14,072 bases of DNA from IMG/VR virus record IMGVR_UViG_2645727905_000010, positions 1 to 14,072 of that record; one strand, written 5' to 3'. Below are positions 7,448 through 14,072 of this stretch, one piece after another. The translations under genes and the position numbers were made by a program. This stretch comes from a virus (Duplodnaviria; Heunggongvirae; Uroviricota; Caudoviricetes). The notes below the pieces were generated by a model that saw nothing but the letters and a program-made list of their open reading frames with translations, was not told the origin of the DNA and made no database searches. The first letter of the stretch is position 1; each line of letters starts with the position of its first letter.

Positions 7448-7873
7448 TTAAAACGGTATGTTATCCCCGTACGGGTCATCGTGCTGGCTTGTCTGTTGTT
7501 TTGCCCTGTTCAGTGCGTCAGTGGCCTGGCCCTGTTGACCTTTTTTGCCGCCCGGTCGCGCCGTTCGCGCACTGATTACGCTGTCTGCAATAACCTGCCA
7601 GCCCTGCCGCGTTTCCCCGTTCTGGCCTGTCCACTGGCTCACCTGCATGTTACCCGCCACGCTCACCAGTTCGCCTTTGTGGTGTTTTGCCAGTGCGTCG
7701 GCCTGTCTGCCAAACGCCAGGACAGATAACCACATCGTCGCCGTTCCGTCATCTGCCTGGCTGCACGGCAGGGGAACCGCCATACTCGCCATCGCCATTT
7801 GTGTCCCTTTGCTGGTGGTCTTTAACTGCGGGTCAGCCACCAGCCGCCCGTAAGCCGCTATCTGTGCTGTCAT
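7448..7873 (-). CDS. ssb: Single-stranded DNA-binding protein
   Basis: 141-aa translation with OB-fold-like core aligning by eye to E. coli SSB (IAAYGRLVADPQL / WLSVLAFGRQADALAKH / QGWQVIADSV), Gly/Gln-rich linker and C-terminal acidic tip ...DDPYGDNIPF (SSB tip motif D-I-P-F). Confidence 0.85.
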   Translation of the reverse strand: MTAQIAAYGRLVADPQLKTTSKGTQMAMASMAVPLPCSQADDGTATMWLSVLAFGRQADALAKHHKGELVSVAGNMQVSQWTGQNGETRQGWQVIADSVISARTARPGGKKGQQGQATDALNRAKQQTSQHDDPYGDNIPF

Positions 7874-7936
7874 GCTGTCTGTTCTCCGGTTTTAACGTTG
7901 ATTGTTACGCTTGTTTACACCCTTACGGTGAAATTC

Positions 7937-8060
7937 TGCGGGTTATAATCGCACTTTTGCGGGTTATAACTGCCGTTTTGCGGGTTACGTGCGGGTTATT
8001 GATTTCCTTTTTATTCATACAGTTAATGCACTTACACACAGGATAACCCGCATAACCCGC
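7937..8060. repeat. Putative origin of replication: four direct iterons TGCGGGTTA(T/C) at 7937, 7958, 7979, 7990, an AT-rich spacer, then two inverted copies ATAACCCGC at 8043 and 8052
   Basis: Seen directly. Located immediately 3-prime of the replication gene (stop at 8084), the usual ori position in PICI/P4-type elements. Confidence 0.75.
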
Positions 8061-8083
8061 AACTTTTTACATCACACAGGGGG

Positions 8084-10204
8084 TTAATCTTCTGCCTCAG
8101 GCTGGAACATCAGCACGTAAAAAACATGCTGCTTCCCCCCAATTTTGCTGAGCGCCTTTTTCTTGTAACGGCGGTCGTTCCCCTTTTCCAGCATCCCCGC
8201 CGCATCAAGCGCTCTTGCAAAATGCGACGGGTTAAATCCCTGTGCGATCTCACCTTCAAACACATGCGGGAACGTGTAAAAACGGAACTCGTCATCTTCG
8301 TTTCTGATACTCCCCTTTCTGTATCCGGCAAGCTCTTTAATCGGTAAATCACGCTCGTCGGTGTTGGGCCACGGAAGGTATCTGCTGAATCCGAACGACG
8401 CTAAAAAAGCCTCTGCCTGTTCAACCATCTGTTTAAACTCCCTGTTACCCGTGCCGAATTCCTTCACCCAGGCATAAAAATTATGCTGTATGGCATCGCG
8501 GCATTCCTGCTCATCCCAGCCAGTAACATGACCGGAAAGCACAAGCGCGGCCTCCAGTATGGCAAAACGCTCACCCACGCGGTGGACCTGCTCGCCGTAG
8601 CTCTCCGGTATCAGGTTGCGCCACCGTTCACGGCATGCCCTTACCGTGTCCTTTGCTTCCTGCTGGTGGTTTGCCAGCCATTTAACCCATTCACGACCCG
8701 CCGCCCCGTGATTTTCTGTCCAGGCATCCTTTAACGCGTCTGCGTGTGCCTTTCCGGTGCTGTATTCGTGAAATTGTGTGGCTTTTTCCATTGGCACGTT
8801 AAGCAGGCGGACAAGCTGCCCCGCCTTGACTTTTATCCCTTCCGTTTTGAGGAATGTTTCAACGTCCATTTCTCCGGTACTGATTGCCACCGTGCGCCAG
8901 TGTTTGATCTCCCTGTTGCCGCCGTCCTTTGCCCCCTGTAATTTCCCGGAACCGTTAAACAGCGTATAGGCTGACGTGGACACCTCCCGCGCGTTTCCGG
9001 CCTGACCTATTTCATCCAGGGGTAACAGCCCGTCATTATGTGCTTCGGCCTCGTTGGCGATACCTAACGCCGTGCCGTACCAGGTCAGCCGTTGTGCGTC
9101 CGGCTCTCCCCATAAACTGGATGCGATGTTCTGTGTGGTGGTTTTCCCTGCCGATGACTGTTCGAAAAGATGTACCCCGAAGCCGTCAGCCCCCACCAGC
9201 CCGATTAATGGTGCGGATAACGATACCGCCACACCCAGCATCATGGACGGATTACCACCAGCCAGCCGCGCCACGGTATCGCGCCAACCCTCCGCCGTTC
9301 CTGCCACGGAATAGCCATTAACAGCAGCCGTTTTTCCGGTAAACAGGACTGGCTTTTCGCAATCACCAATGACCGAACCGTCCGGCATGATGTACGCGCC
9401 AAAATGCCAGCCCGTTGTTGTGCTTAACTGCCATTCCTCATGGCTTCCGCTTAACTGCATCCAGTCAGCCAGGATAGCCCTGTATTTGCCGTTAGTTGTT
9501 ACGTTCAGTCCGTGGTCTTTCAGCAGCCGCCAGCCGTCACGGTCGCCAATGCCACCGCACGGAACCGCCATTGTTATGACTTCATGGTTTGCTAATTTTT
9601 TCCAGCGCATCACGCGGTAATGCTCTTTACCGATTGTCCCCGTTCCCAGTAGTTCAAGCGGGGAACATAACCACGTCTCAGGCCGGATAATTTCGCCTGA
9701 CTGCTTATCCACTTTGGGCGTTACCCAGAAAACACCATCGGCGCGGCTTTCAACGCGTGGCTTTAATTCATCATCACCCTGGCTTTCTGTGATTTTTTTC
9801 TTTAAGGGCAACACCAGACTTTCCCCGCGCTCGTATTCGTCTTTCAGCCGGGCAAGCTGTGGTGTCCAGTCCTCCAGTAAATCGCCGTTCTCGTCACAAA
9901 AACAGGCTTCTTTAACACCAGCCACTGCCAGCAGGGTTTCAATCTGTAGCGCCAGTTTGTCATCCAGTTTTCCGGCACGTCTGACGATGGCGCGTGACCG
10001 ACCCTCATCCACAATACGCAGGTTTTCCAGATTACCCAGGTCACGCCGTCCGAGATAAACAGGTGGTATTTTGTCGCCGCGCTTTCTGGCTTCTCCGCCC
10101 TGCATGTAATGCTCTGCGTGGCTGTATGCGTCATCCCCCGCAAAAATCACTGCATCCTCGCCTTTATCTTTCGGTAACAGTTTTACGTTCGGTGCCAGTT
10201 TCAT
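8084..10204 (-). CDS. Replication initiator: primase/helicase-like protein with P-loop NTPase domain
   Basis: 706-aa ORF. Central P-loop-like motif FEQSSAGKTTTQ and size/architecture typical of satellite and genomic-island primase-helicase (pri-rep) proteins. ATG at 10204 overlaps the upstream gene stop (ATGA). Confidence 0.8.
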   Translation of the reverse strand: MKLAPNVKLLPKDKGEDAVIFAGDDAYSHAEHYMQGGEARKRGDKIPPVYLGRRDLGNLENLRIVDEGRSRAIVRRAGKLDDKLALQIETLLAVAGVKEACFCDENGDLLEDWTPQLARLKDEYERGESLVLPLKKKITESQGDDELKPRVESRADGVFWVTPKVDKQSGEIIRPETWLCSPLELLGTGTIGKEHYRVMRWKKLANHEVITMAVPCGGIGDRDGWRLLKDHGLNVTTNGKYRAILADWMQLSGSHEEWQLSTTTGWHFGAYIMPDGSVIGDCEKPVLFTGKTAAVNGYSVAGTAEGWRDTVARLAGGNPSMMLGVAVSLSAPLIGLVGADGFGVHLFEQSSAGKTTTQNIASSLWGEPDAQRLTWYGTALGIANEAEAHNDGLLPLDEIGQAGNAREVSTSAYTLFNGSGKLQGAKDGGNREIKHWRTVAISTGEMDVETFLKTEGIKVKAGQLVRLLNVPMEKATQFHEYSTGKAHADALKDAWTENHGAAGREWVKWLANHQQEAKDTVRACRERWRNLIPESYGEQVHRVGERFAILEAALVLSGHVTGWDEQECRDAIQHNFYAWVKEFGTGNREFKQMVEQAEAFLASFGFSRYLPWPNTDERDLPIKELAGYRKGSIRNEDDEFRFYTFPHVFEGEIAQGFNPSHFARALDAAGMLEKGNDRRYKKKALSKIGGKQHVFYVLMFQPEAED

Positions 10205-10515
10205 TTTGCCTTTCCCCGTTCACGAATAATTTCACGTACTGCCTTAATGCGTTCCATTCCTGTAACGCGCATGATTCTGTCAATGTCGCTTAAGTTCGCT
10301 GGTGGTGCTTTGCTTACCAGGGTGAACTCCCTTTCAAAGCGCATATGCGACGACACGCAGGGATGCGCATAACCTTCGCGGATATAGGTCACGCGAAAAT
10401 CATCGACGGTTTTAATCGTTATCGTGCTGCCGTATTTATCCCGGAAAATATCGCCGGGGCGGATTTCAGGCCGAGCGGGGCCGCTGGCAGTAAAGCCAGA
10501 ATTTTTCTTTTTCAT
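10201..10515 (-). CDS. Hypothetical 104-aa protein
   Basis: ORF with ATG at 10515 and GGAG upstream. Stop overlaps the replication gene start, consistent with translational coupling. No family recognised. Confidence 0.55.
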   Translation of the reverse strand: MKKKNSGFTASGPARPEIRPGDIFRDKYGSTITIKTVDDFRVTYIREGYAHPCVSSHMRFEREFTLVSKAPPANLSDIDRIMRVTGMERIKAVREIIRERGKAK

Positions 10516-10520
10516 GTTTT

Positions 10521-10739
10521 TTACTCCAGAGGCAGCTTTTTAGCGGCGAGCTCAATATCAGATGTCAGAGAAACCTGTGTATTTGCCAGGTCTAACAACA
10601 AAGAAATAAGAATTTCTTCTCTGCTATCGGATTTATCGGTGCTAAGGCTGTTCATCCACATATTGACGACTTCCCTGATTTTTTTCGCAGAGTGCAGGGC
10701 TTCAAATGCCAGGTCTTCAATATCATGTTTATTTCGCAT
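10521..10739 (-). CDS. Hypothetical 72-aa protein, predicted helical
   Basis: Start chosen at ATG 10739 (MRNKHDIEDL...) with G-rich SD-like tract upstream. The longer form to 10805 would overlap the upstream gene by 77 nt. Confidence 0.45.
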   Translation of the reverse strand: MRNKHDIEDLAFEALHSAKKIREVVNMWMNSLSTDKSDSREEILISLLLDLANTQVSLTSDIELAAKKLPLE

Positions 10740-10941
10740 AATCGCCCCCGCGTAGCTGGTCTGCACTAACACCCGATTTAGTGAGCATTTCAGAAAATCC
10801 CGCAAGAGTGCTGATAAATTCGTTTTCCATTAAACGGCACTGACATTTAACCCGGCCTTTTTCCAGATACACCAGTACGCGCCCCGTATAATCTGACGGC
10901 ACATTCAGCACTACAGGTAAGTGCGATTCATGATTATGCAT
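10729..10941 (-). CDS. Hypothetical 70-aa protein, paralog of the adjacent upstream gene
   Basis: Shares pattern TG..LV....KGRV.C...L with ORF 10934..11143. ATG at 10941 overlaps that ORF's stop by 8 nt. Confidence 0.55.
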   Translation of the reverse strand: MHNHESHLPVVLNVPSDYTGRVLVYLEKGRVKCQCRLMENEFISTLAGFSEMLTKSGVSADQLRGGDYAK

Positions 10942-11143
10942 GTCTCACCCCCTGAATATTCGCATTAATCATTCCGGCACGTTCTGCGAGTTCCTGTAAT
11001 GATTCCCTTGTTGCGACAATGGCTTCATCTGGCAGGTGGTAATTACACACCACGCGACCTTTATCCACATTGACCAGTAGCTGCCCGGTAAATTTCTCAC
11101 GAAACTGAACGCGGTTAAGGTCGGTAAGTGACAGGTTAATCAT
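10934..11143 (-). CDS. Hypothetical 69-aa protein, paralog of 10729..10941
   Basis: ATG at 11143 preceded by AGGGGGA. Conserved block FTGQLLVNVDKGRVVCNYHL aligns to YTGRVLVYLEKGRVKCQCRL of the neighbour. Confidence 0.55.
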   Translation of the reverse strand: MINLSLTDLNRVQFREKFTGQLLVNVDKGRVVCNYHLPDEAIVATRESLQELAERAGMINANIQGVRHA

Positions 11144-11339
11144 GGTGTTCCCCCTGGCGAATACGGGCAGCGAATACCATCACGCAGCCATCAGGAGATT
11201 GCTGACGCGCTTCCTGTTCGCTGGTGGCCTCAATGGTAATCACGCGCGGTTGTGCCGTGCTCAGGGCGATAAAACGCCAGATGTATTTATTCAGGTTGTA
11301 CGAGTCCCGCCCTTGCGGGTGTCTGGTATAATTTCTCAT
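11136..11339 (-). CDS. Hypothetical 67-aa protein, first gene of the leftward operon
   Basis: ATG at 11339 with GAGG 5 nt upstream. This is the plausible 3-prime part of a 370-aa track ORF whose remainder has non-protein-like composition and crosses the plus-strand genes. Confidence 0.45.
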   Translation of the reverse strand: MRNYTRHPQGRDSYNLNKYIWRFIALSTAQPRVITIEATSEQEARQQSPDGCVMVFAARIRQGEHHD

Positions 11340-11415
11340 AGCTGCCTCGATACGCTTTCTATCGTTGGTGGTTAGACGCCCTGCATGTGTGCCACCACTG
11401 CGGGGCGTTGTTGTT

Positions 11416-11511
11416 TGGTGCATCGCACCATTCGGTTTTAACCTATCAATAAGTGAATCGCACTTCAAGCCTTTCTCTGAAATTTTTTTTGTGTATACTG
11501 AATCGCACCAA
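11416..11511. promoter_or_regulatory. Divergent promoter/operator region: perfect palindrome TGGTGC-ATC-GCACCA (11416-11430) plus two further ATCGCAC-containing sites (11456-11467, 11500-11512), the last abutting a TATACT -10-like element (11494-11499)
   Basis: Seen directly. Lies between the divergently oriented 67-aa gene (start 11339) and the RHH gene (start 11530). Confidence 0.5.
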
Positions 11512-11529
11512 CTTAGAGAGGATTCAGTA

Positions 11530-11709
11530 ATGGCAACAGGTTCAACAAATAATAAGTCGCAACAGTTAAATGCCAGATTCCCGCATGATGTTGTTGCAGA
11601 CTTAGAAAAAAATTTAGATGAAGGTGAAAGCAAGGCGCAATTTATAGTTACTGCCGTTAAAGGTGAGATCAAACGCCGCCAGCGCCGCAAGGCCAAAGAG
11701 CAGGAGTAA
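11530..11709 (+). CDS. Ribbon-helix-helix (Arc/CopG-like) DNA-binding protein, 59 aa
   Basis: ATG at 11530 with AGAGGA 7 nt upstream. Translation has RHH-like layout: short N-terminal strand (LNARFPHDVV) followed by two helices (ADLEKNL...; ESKAQFIVTAVKGEIKRRQ) and a basic tail. Confidence 0.6.
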   Translation: MATGSTNNKSQQLNARFPHDVVADLEKNLDEGESKAQFIVTAVKGEIKRRQRRKAKEQE

Positions 11710-11766
11710 CCATCACCAGCGCCGTGGTGTAAGGTATTACGGCGCATTGCTATGCAGGACAACACA

Positions 11767-11940
11767 ATGACCGATAAAGAATTGACCAAAACATTATCAC
11801 CGACACGGAAAAGACGGCGCAGAAAGATAGAGCATGAATCAGAAAGATTCGCGCCATGTGCTTTTGCCCTTGAGCAATTCCTTAAAGAGTACAGGGAAAA
11901 GCGCTCATTGCAGGTATGGCAACGAACTGAACCAGACTGA
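11767..11940 (+). CDS. Hypothetical 57-aa protein with Arg/Lys-rich N-terminal segment
   Basis: ATG at 11767 with AGGA 7 nt upstream; ORF track alternative ATG at 11752 lacks an SD. Followed by an intrinsic terminator. Confidence 0.4.
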   Translation: MTDKELTKTLSPTRKRRRRKIEHESERFAPCAFALEQFLKEYREKRSLQVWQRTEPD

Positions 11941-12005
11941 TTGCATTGCCCACCAGCCGCAAATGTGGCATTGTTGGTGATGCTTTTGTTTTCCCTTGTT
12001 CCCAC

Positions 12006-12042
12006 TGGCGACCCTTTTGCGGTCGCCTTTGTTTTGCTTGTT
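12006..12042 (+). terminator. Intrinsic terminator for the plus-strand two-gene cassette
   Basis: tGGCGACC-cttttgc-GGTCGCCa stem-loop (7-8 bp stem) followed by TTTGTTTTGCTTGTT. Confidence 0.7.
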
Positions 12043-12300
12043 ATCCGGCAATAGTGGCGCTTCACCACACGGTTGATATAATTCCCCTGCACTGATCCAT
12101 TTTTTTCGCAGCAGGTTAATTGTTCAGAAAGACGGTTCCTTATCGGGGCCGCTTTTTTTATGCCTGAAAATACCCGATAACATGGCTTTTTAGTTTCACC
12201 AGGACGAACGAAGCCCCGCCCCTGTTCGGGCGTATATCCAGTATTCATGGTTAGATCTCTGTGTTAGTGGATGGGTGGCGGCGGTGCGCCGCCAGCCTGA

Positions 12301-12504
12301 TTAGTGAACTGCCTCGCGGCTGTCCTTCCATGCCAGAACTTCGGATAAAGACCAGCCAACGGAACGACCGCCGAGTTTACGCCGTGATGGGAATTGTCCA
12401 GTCTTCTCCAGGCGATACCGACATGAGCGGCTCAGGCCTGTAAGTTGCTGACATTCTTTTTCACGTATAAAGCGATCAGCGCTTAACACTATTGCCTCCG
12501 TCAT
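12301..12504 (-). CDS. alpA: AlpA-family transcriptional regulator (phage/island excision-activation regulator)
   Basis: 67-aa translation ...REKECQQLTGLSRSCRYRLEKTGQFPSRRKLGGRSVGWSLSEVLAWK matches the AlpA pattern (...TGLSRSTIYRL...G.FP....LG.RSVGW...E...W). Confidence 0.85.
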   Translation of the reverse strand: MTEAIVLSADRFIREKECQQLTGLSRSCRYRLEKTGQFPSRRKLGGRSVGWSLSEVLAWKDSREAVH

Positions 12505-12695
12505 TTCTCAAAGAGTCATTTGGTGTCTTATTGTGTCGTATTGTTCCCGCTAGAGTGATGAATGGCAAATATTGGTGACGGTCGTTTTACAGATATGGGG
12601 TAATTAGAATAAAAATACTTTTAATTCATTGTGATGTAGTAGCGTAAAATTTTGCTTTTACGCCTTTTTTACATATTTTTAAGAGTGATTCGCCA

Positions 12696-12711
12696 GTGTA
12701 TAAAAAAACAG
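12696..12711. promoter_or_regulatory. LexA-box-like element GTGTATAAAAAAACAG (one mismatch to CTGT-N8-ACAG) in the int-alpA intergenic region
   Basis: Seen directly. Differs at 2 positions from the E. coli umuDC-type box CTGTATATAAAAACAG as I recall it. The mismatch is in the normally conserved CTG. Confidence 0.3.
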
Positions 12712-12770
12712 TATACATATAAAAATCAAATGGTTATGAATGAGTTTGATTTTTAATCCGCTTGTCCCAT

Positions 12771-12820
12771 TTTGTTCCTTGTTGTTCGTCGTTGTGTCTC
12801 GTTGTTCCACGTTGTGTCCG
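12771..12820. repeat. Five 10-bp-phased repeats (T/C)GTTGT(T/G)(T/C)C between the integrase stop and alpA
   Basis: tttgttcctt gttgttcgtc gttgtgtctc gttgttccac gttgtgtccg read directly at starts 12771, 12781, 12791, 12801, 12811. Confidence 0.75.
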
Positions 12821-12842
12821 TTCTGAAAAATCACGAAAAAAA

Positions 12843-14072
12843 TTATATTTCTCTGGCTATTGGCAGTGTGGTTACGTTTTCGTGAGTACCCGCCAGTATC
12901 TCTAACCGCTCTGTCCACATGTCCAGCGCATTACGTTTCGCATCGAGATAACGGGAGTGGTTATAGACTCGCTGCATCCCTGGCATCTGGTGAGCGGTGA
13001 GTTGTTCGACAATATGCGGATCCACGCCTAAATCGTTCAGCATCGTGGTAAACGTGCGCCGTATATCGTGTAGTGACCAGTGCGGATGGTTTAATTTTTT
13101 GTGCGTGAATCTGCCGTATTGCGACACGCTGGCTTCCTGTTTCAGTTCCCCGAGTAATAGTCCTGTGTGTCGGTTCTGCTCCACCAGCCGTGTGACGAAC
13201 GGTAAAATGCTTTCCGGTATTGGCCTGAATATGGCGACCTTCGTTTTGCTGTGCTCCTTCGGTACTGTCCAGAGCATTTCCTTAAAATCCCACTCCCTGA
13301 TCTCCGACAGCCTCAGTTCTCCGGTTCGGCAACCAAACACAATCAGGAGGCGGATTAGTGCGCTGTAGTAGGGCGGGAATATTTTTTTATCCAGCGCCTG
13401 TAATAATTCGCCCAGTTCTTTGTTACTAAGCACGCGTTCGCTTATGCCTGGTTTTTTACCAACGTCCACCACGTTGAGATCATCCAGAGCGTTACTGACG
13501 ACATAGCGGCGTTTACGACAGAATTTAAGCGCCTGTTTGCACGCCTGCATCATGTGACCAGACGTTACGGGGGATTTTTTGCGTATCCGGTCAAAACAGG
13601 CCAGCCAGTGACGTAATTCGCATTTATCCAGTGGCATGTTACCGATGTGCTGTATGACGTGATTATTCAGGCGACTTTTCAGGCATACATAATCGACACG
13701 GTTTTCCTTTACGTGCGTTTCCAGCCAGTAACTGATCGCATCGCCAACCGTTACGGGTTTTAACGCTTCCTGCACAGTGTAGTTCAGTTCATGACGTGGG
13801 TTTTTCCCTTCTGCCAGCCATGCACGACACTTTGCGGCTTTTTCCCTGGCTGCTTTAAGGCTCAGATCGGGATAGTTTCCCAGCTTCAGGCGTTCCGGTG
13901 TGGTATCCCTTCCCGTTCCAGCCCTGTAGGTGAAGTACCAGGTCAATTTACCTGATGTTAAATATTTCACGCTCAGATTACCGCCATCGCTATAGAACGT
14001 ATTTTTCTCCGCTGGCTTACCATAAAGTTTTCTTAACAATGTATCGCTCAGTTTGTTAAGCGCTCTGCTCAC
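12843..14072 (-). CDS. int: Tyrosine integrase (P4/CP4-57-like), truncated by the window edge at its 5-prime end
   Basis: C-terminal catalytic region with HDIRRTF (H-x-x-R), LTAHQ and RVYNHSRY (Tyr nucleophile). N-terminal region ...YSDGGNLSVKYL...GKLTWYFTYR... typical of P4-family integrases. The ORF is open to the window end and the first translated codon is GTG, so the true start lies beyond 14072. Confidence 0.93.
   Translation of the reverse strand: MSRALNKLSDTLLRKLYGKPAEKNTFYSDGGNLSVKYLTSGKLTWYFTYRAGTGRDTTPERLKLGNYPDLSLKAAREKAAKCRAWLAEGKNPRHELNYTVQEALKPVTVGDAISYWLETHVKENRVDYVCLKSRLNNHVIQHIGNMPLDKCELRHWLACFDRIRKKSPVTSGHMMQACKQALKFCRKRRYVVSNALDDLNVVDVGKKPGISERVLSNKELGELLQALDKKIFPPYYSALIRLLIVFGCRTGELRLSEIREWDFKEMLWTVPKEHSKTKVAIFRPIPESILPFVTRLVEQNRHTGLLLGELKQEASVSQYGRFTHKKLNHPHWSLHDIRRTFTTMLNDLGVDPHIVEQLTAHQMPGMQRVYNHSRYLDAKRNALDMWTERLEILAGTHENVTTLPIAREI

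Larger units (their letters stand above)
1..14072. mobile_element. Integrated satellite-type island (PICI/P4-like backbone: int, alpA, primase-helicase, iteron ori) carrying its own HK97-type head and packaging genes; no tail or lysis genes in window; right boundary beyond window, left boundary unresolved
   Basis: Gene content and order read from the ORF translations: integrase, AlpA, replication protein with downstream iterons, SSB, then capsid-protease-portal-connector-HNH-TerS-TerL. Absence of tail, lysis and cI/cro-like genes over 14 kb. Confidence 0.7.

Noticed and set aside
8483-10293. Plus-strand and alternative-frame ORFs inside the primase/helicase gene
   Set aside because: Shadow frames of a long, well-supported gene; Pro/Ser/Arg-rich translations.
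11136-12248. 370-aa minus-strand ORF spanning the divergent regulatory region and running antisense to the RHH cassette
   Set aside because: Translation is Cys/Ser/Arg-rich and unlike a folded protein, crosses a promoter/operator region and a terminator, and opposes two plus-strand genes with good ribosome-binding sites. Only its last 67 codons (11136-11339) have a credible start and SD.
12679-12918. 79-aa minus-strand ORF overlapping the integrase 3-prime end
   Set aside because: Overlaps the integrase in another frame and runs through AT-rich intergenic sequence; hydrophobic low-complexity translation.
1-14072. tRNA, rRNA or tmRNA genes (possible integration target)
   Set aside because: No region shows tRNA-like cloverleaf arrangement on inspection. 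The integration target is expected beyond the integrase 5-prime end, outside the window.

Overview
This window looks like most of an integrated satellite-type mobile element from an enterobacterial-like genome, with nearly all genes on the minus strand. From right to left it carries a tyrosine integrase (running off the window at 14072), an AlpA-family regulator, a block of small unknown genes, a primase/helicase-like replication protein with an iteron origin just downstream, an SSB and a ProQ/FinO-domain protein. A strong terminator then separates this from a complete HK97-type head and packaging module in the order capsid, prohead protease, portal, gp6-like connector, HNH endonuclease, small terminase, large terminase. 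No tail, lysis or classical cI/cro genes are present in the 14 kb. My main inference is that this is a capsid-forming, tail-dependent satellite (cf-PICI-like or P4-like hybrid) rather than a prophage. Other points of interest are three arrays of short repeats phased at exactly 10 bp, a divergent regulatory region with a palindromic operator next to the only plus-strand cassette (RHH protein plus a small basic protein), and a near-consensus LexA-like box upstream of alpA. All protein calls rest on reading motifs in the supplied translations; no database search was possible.
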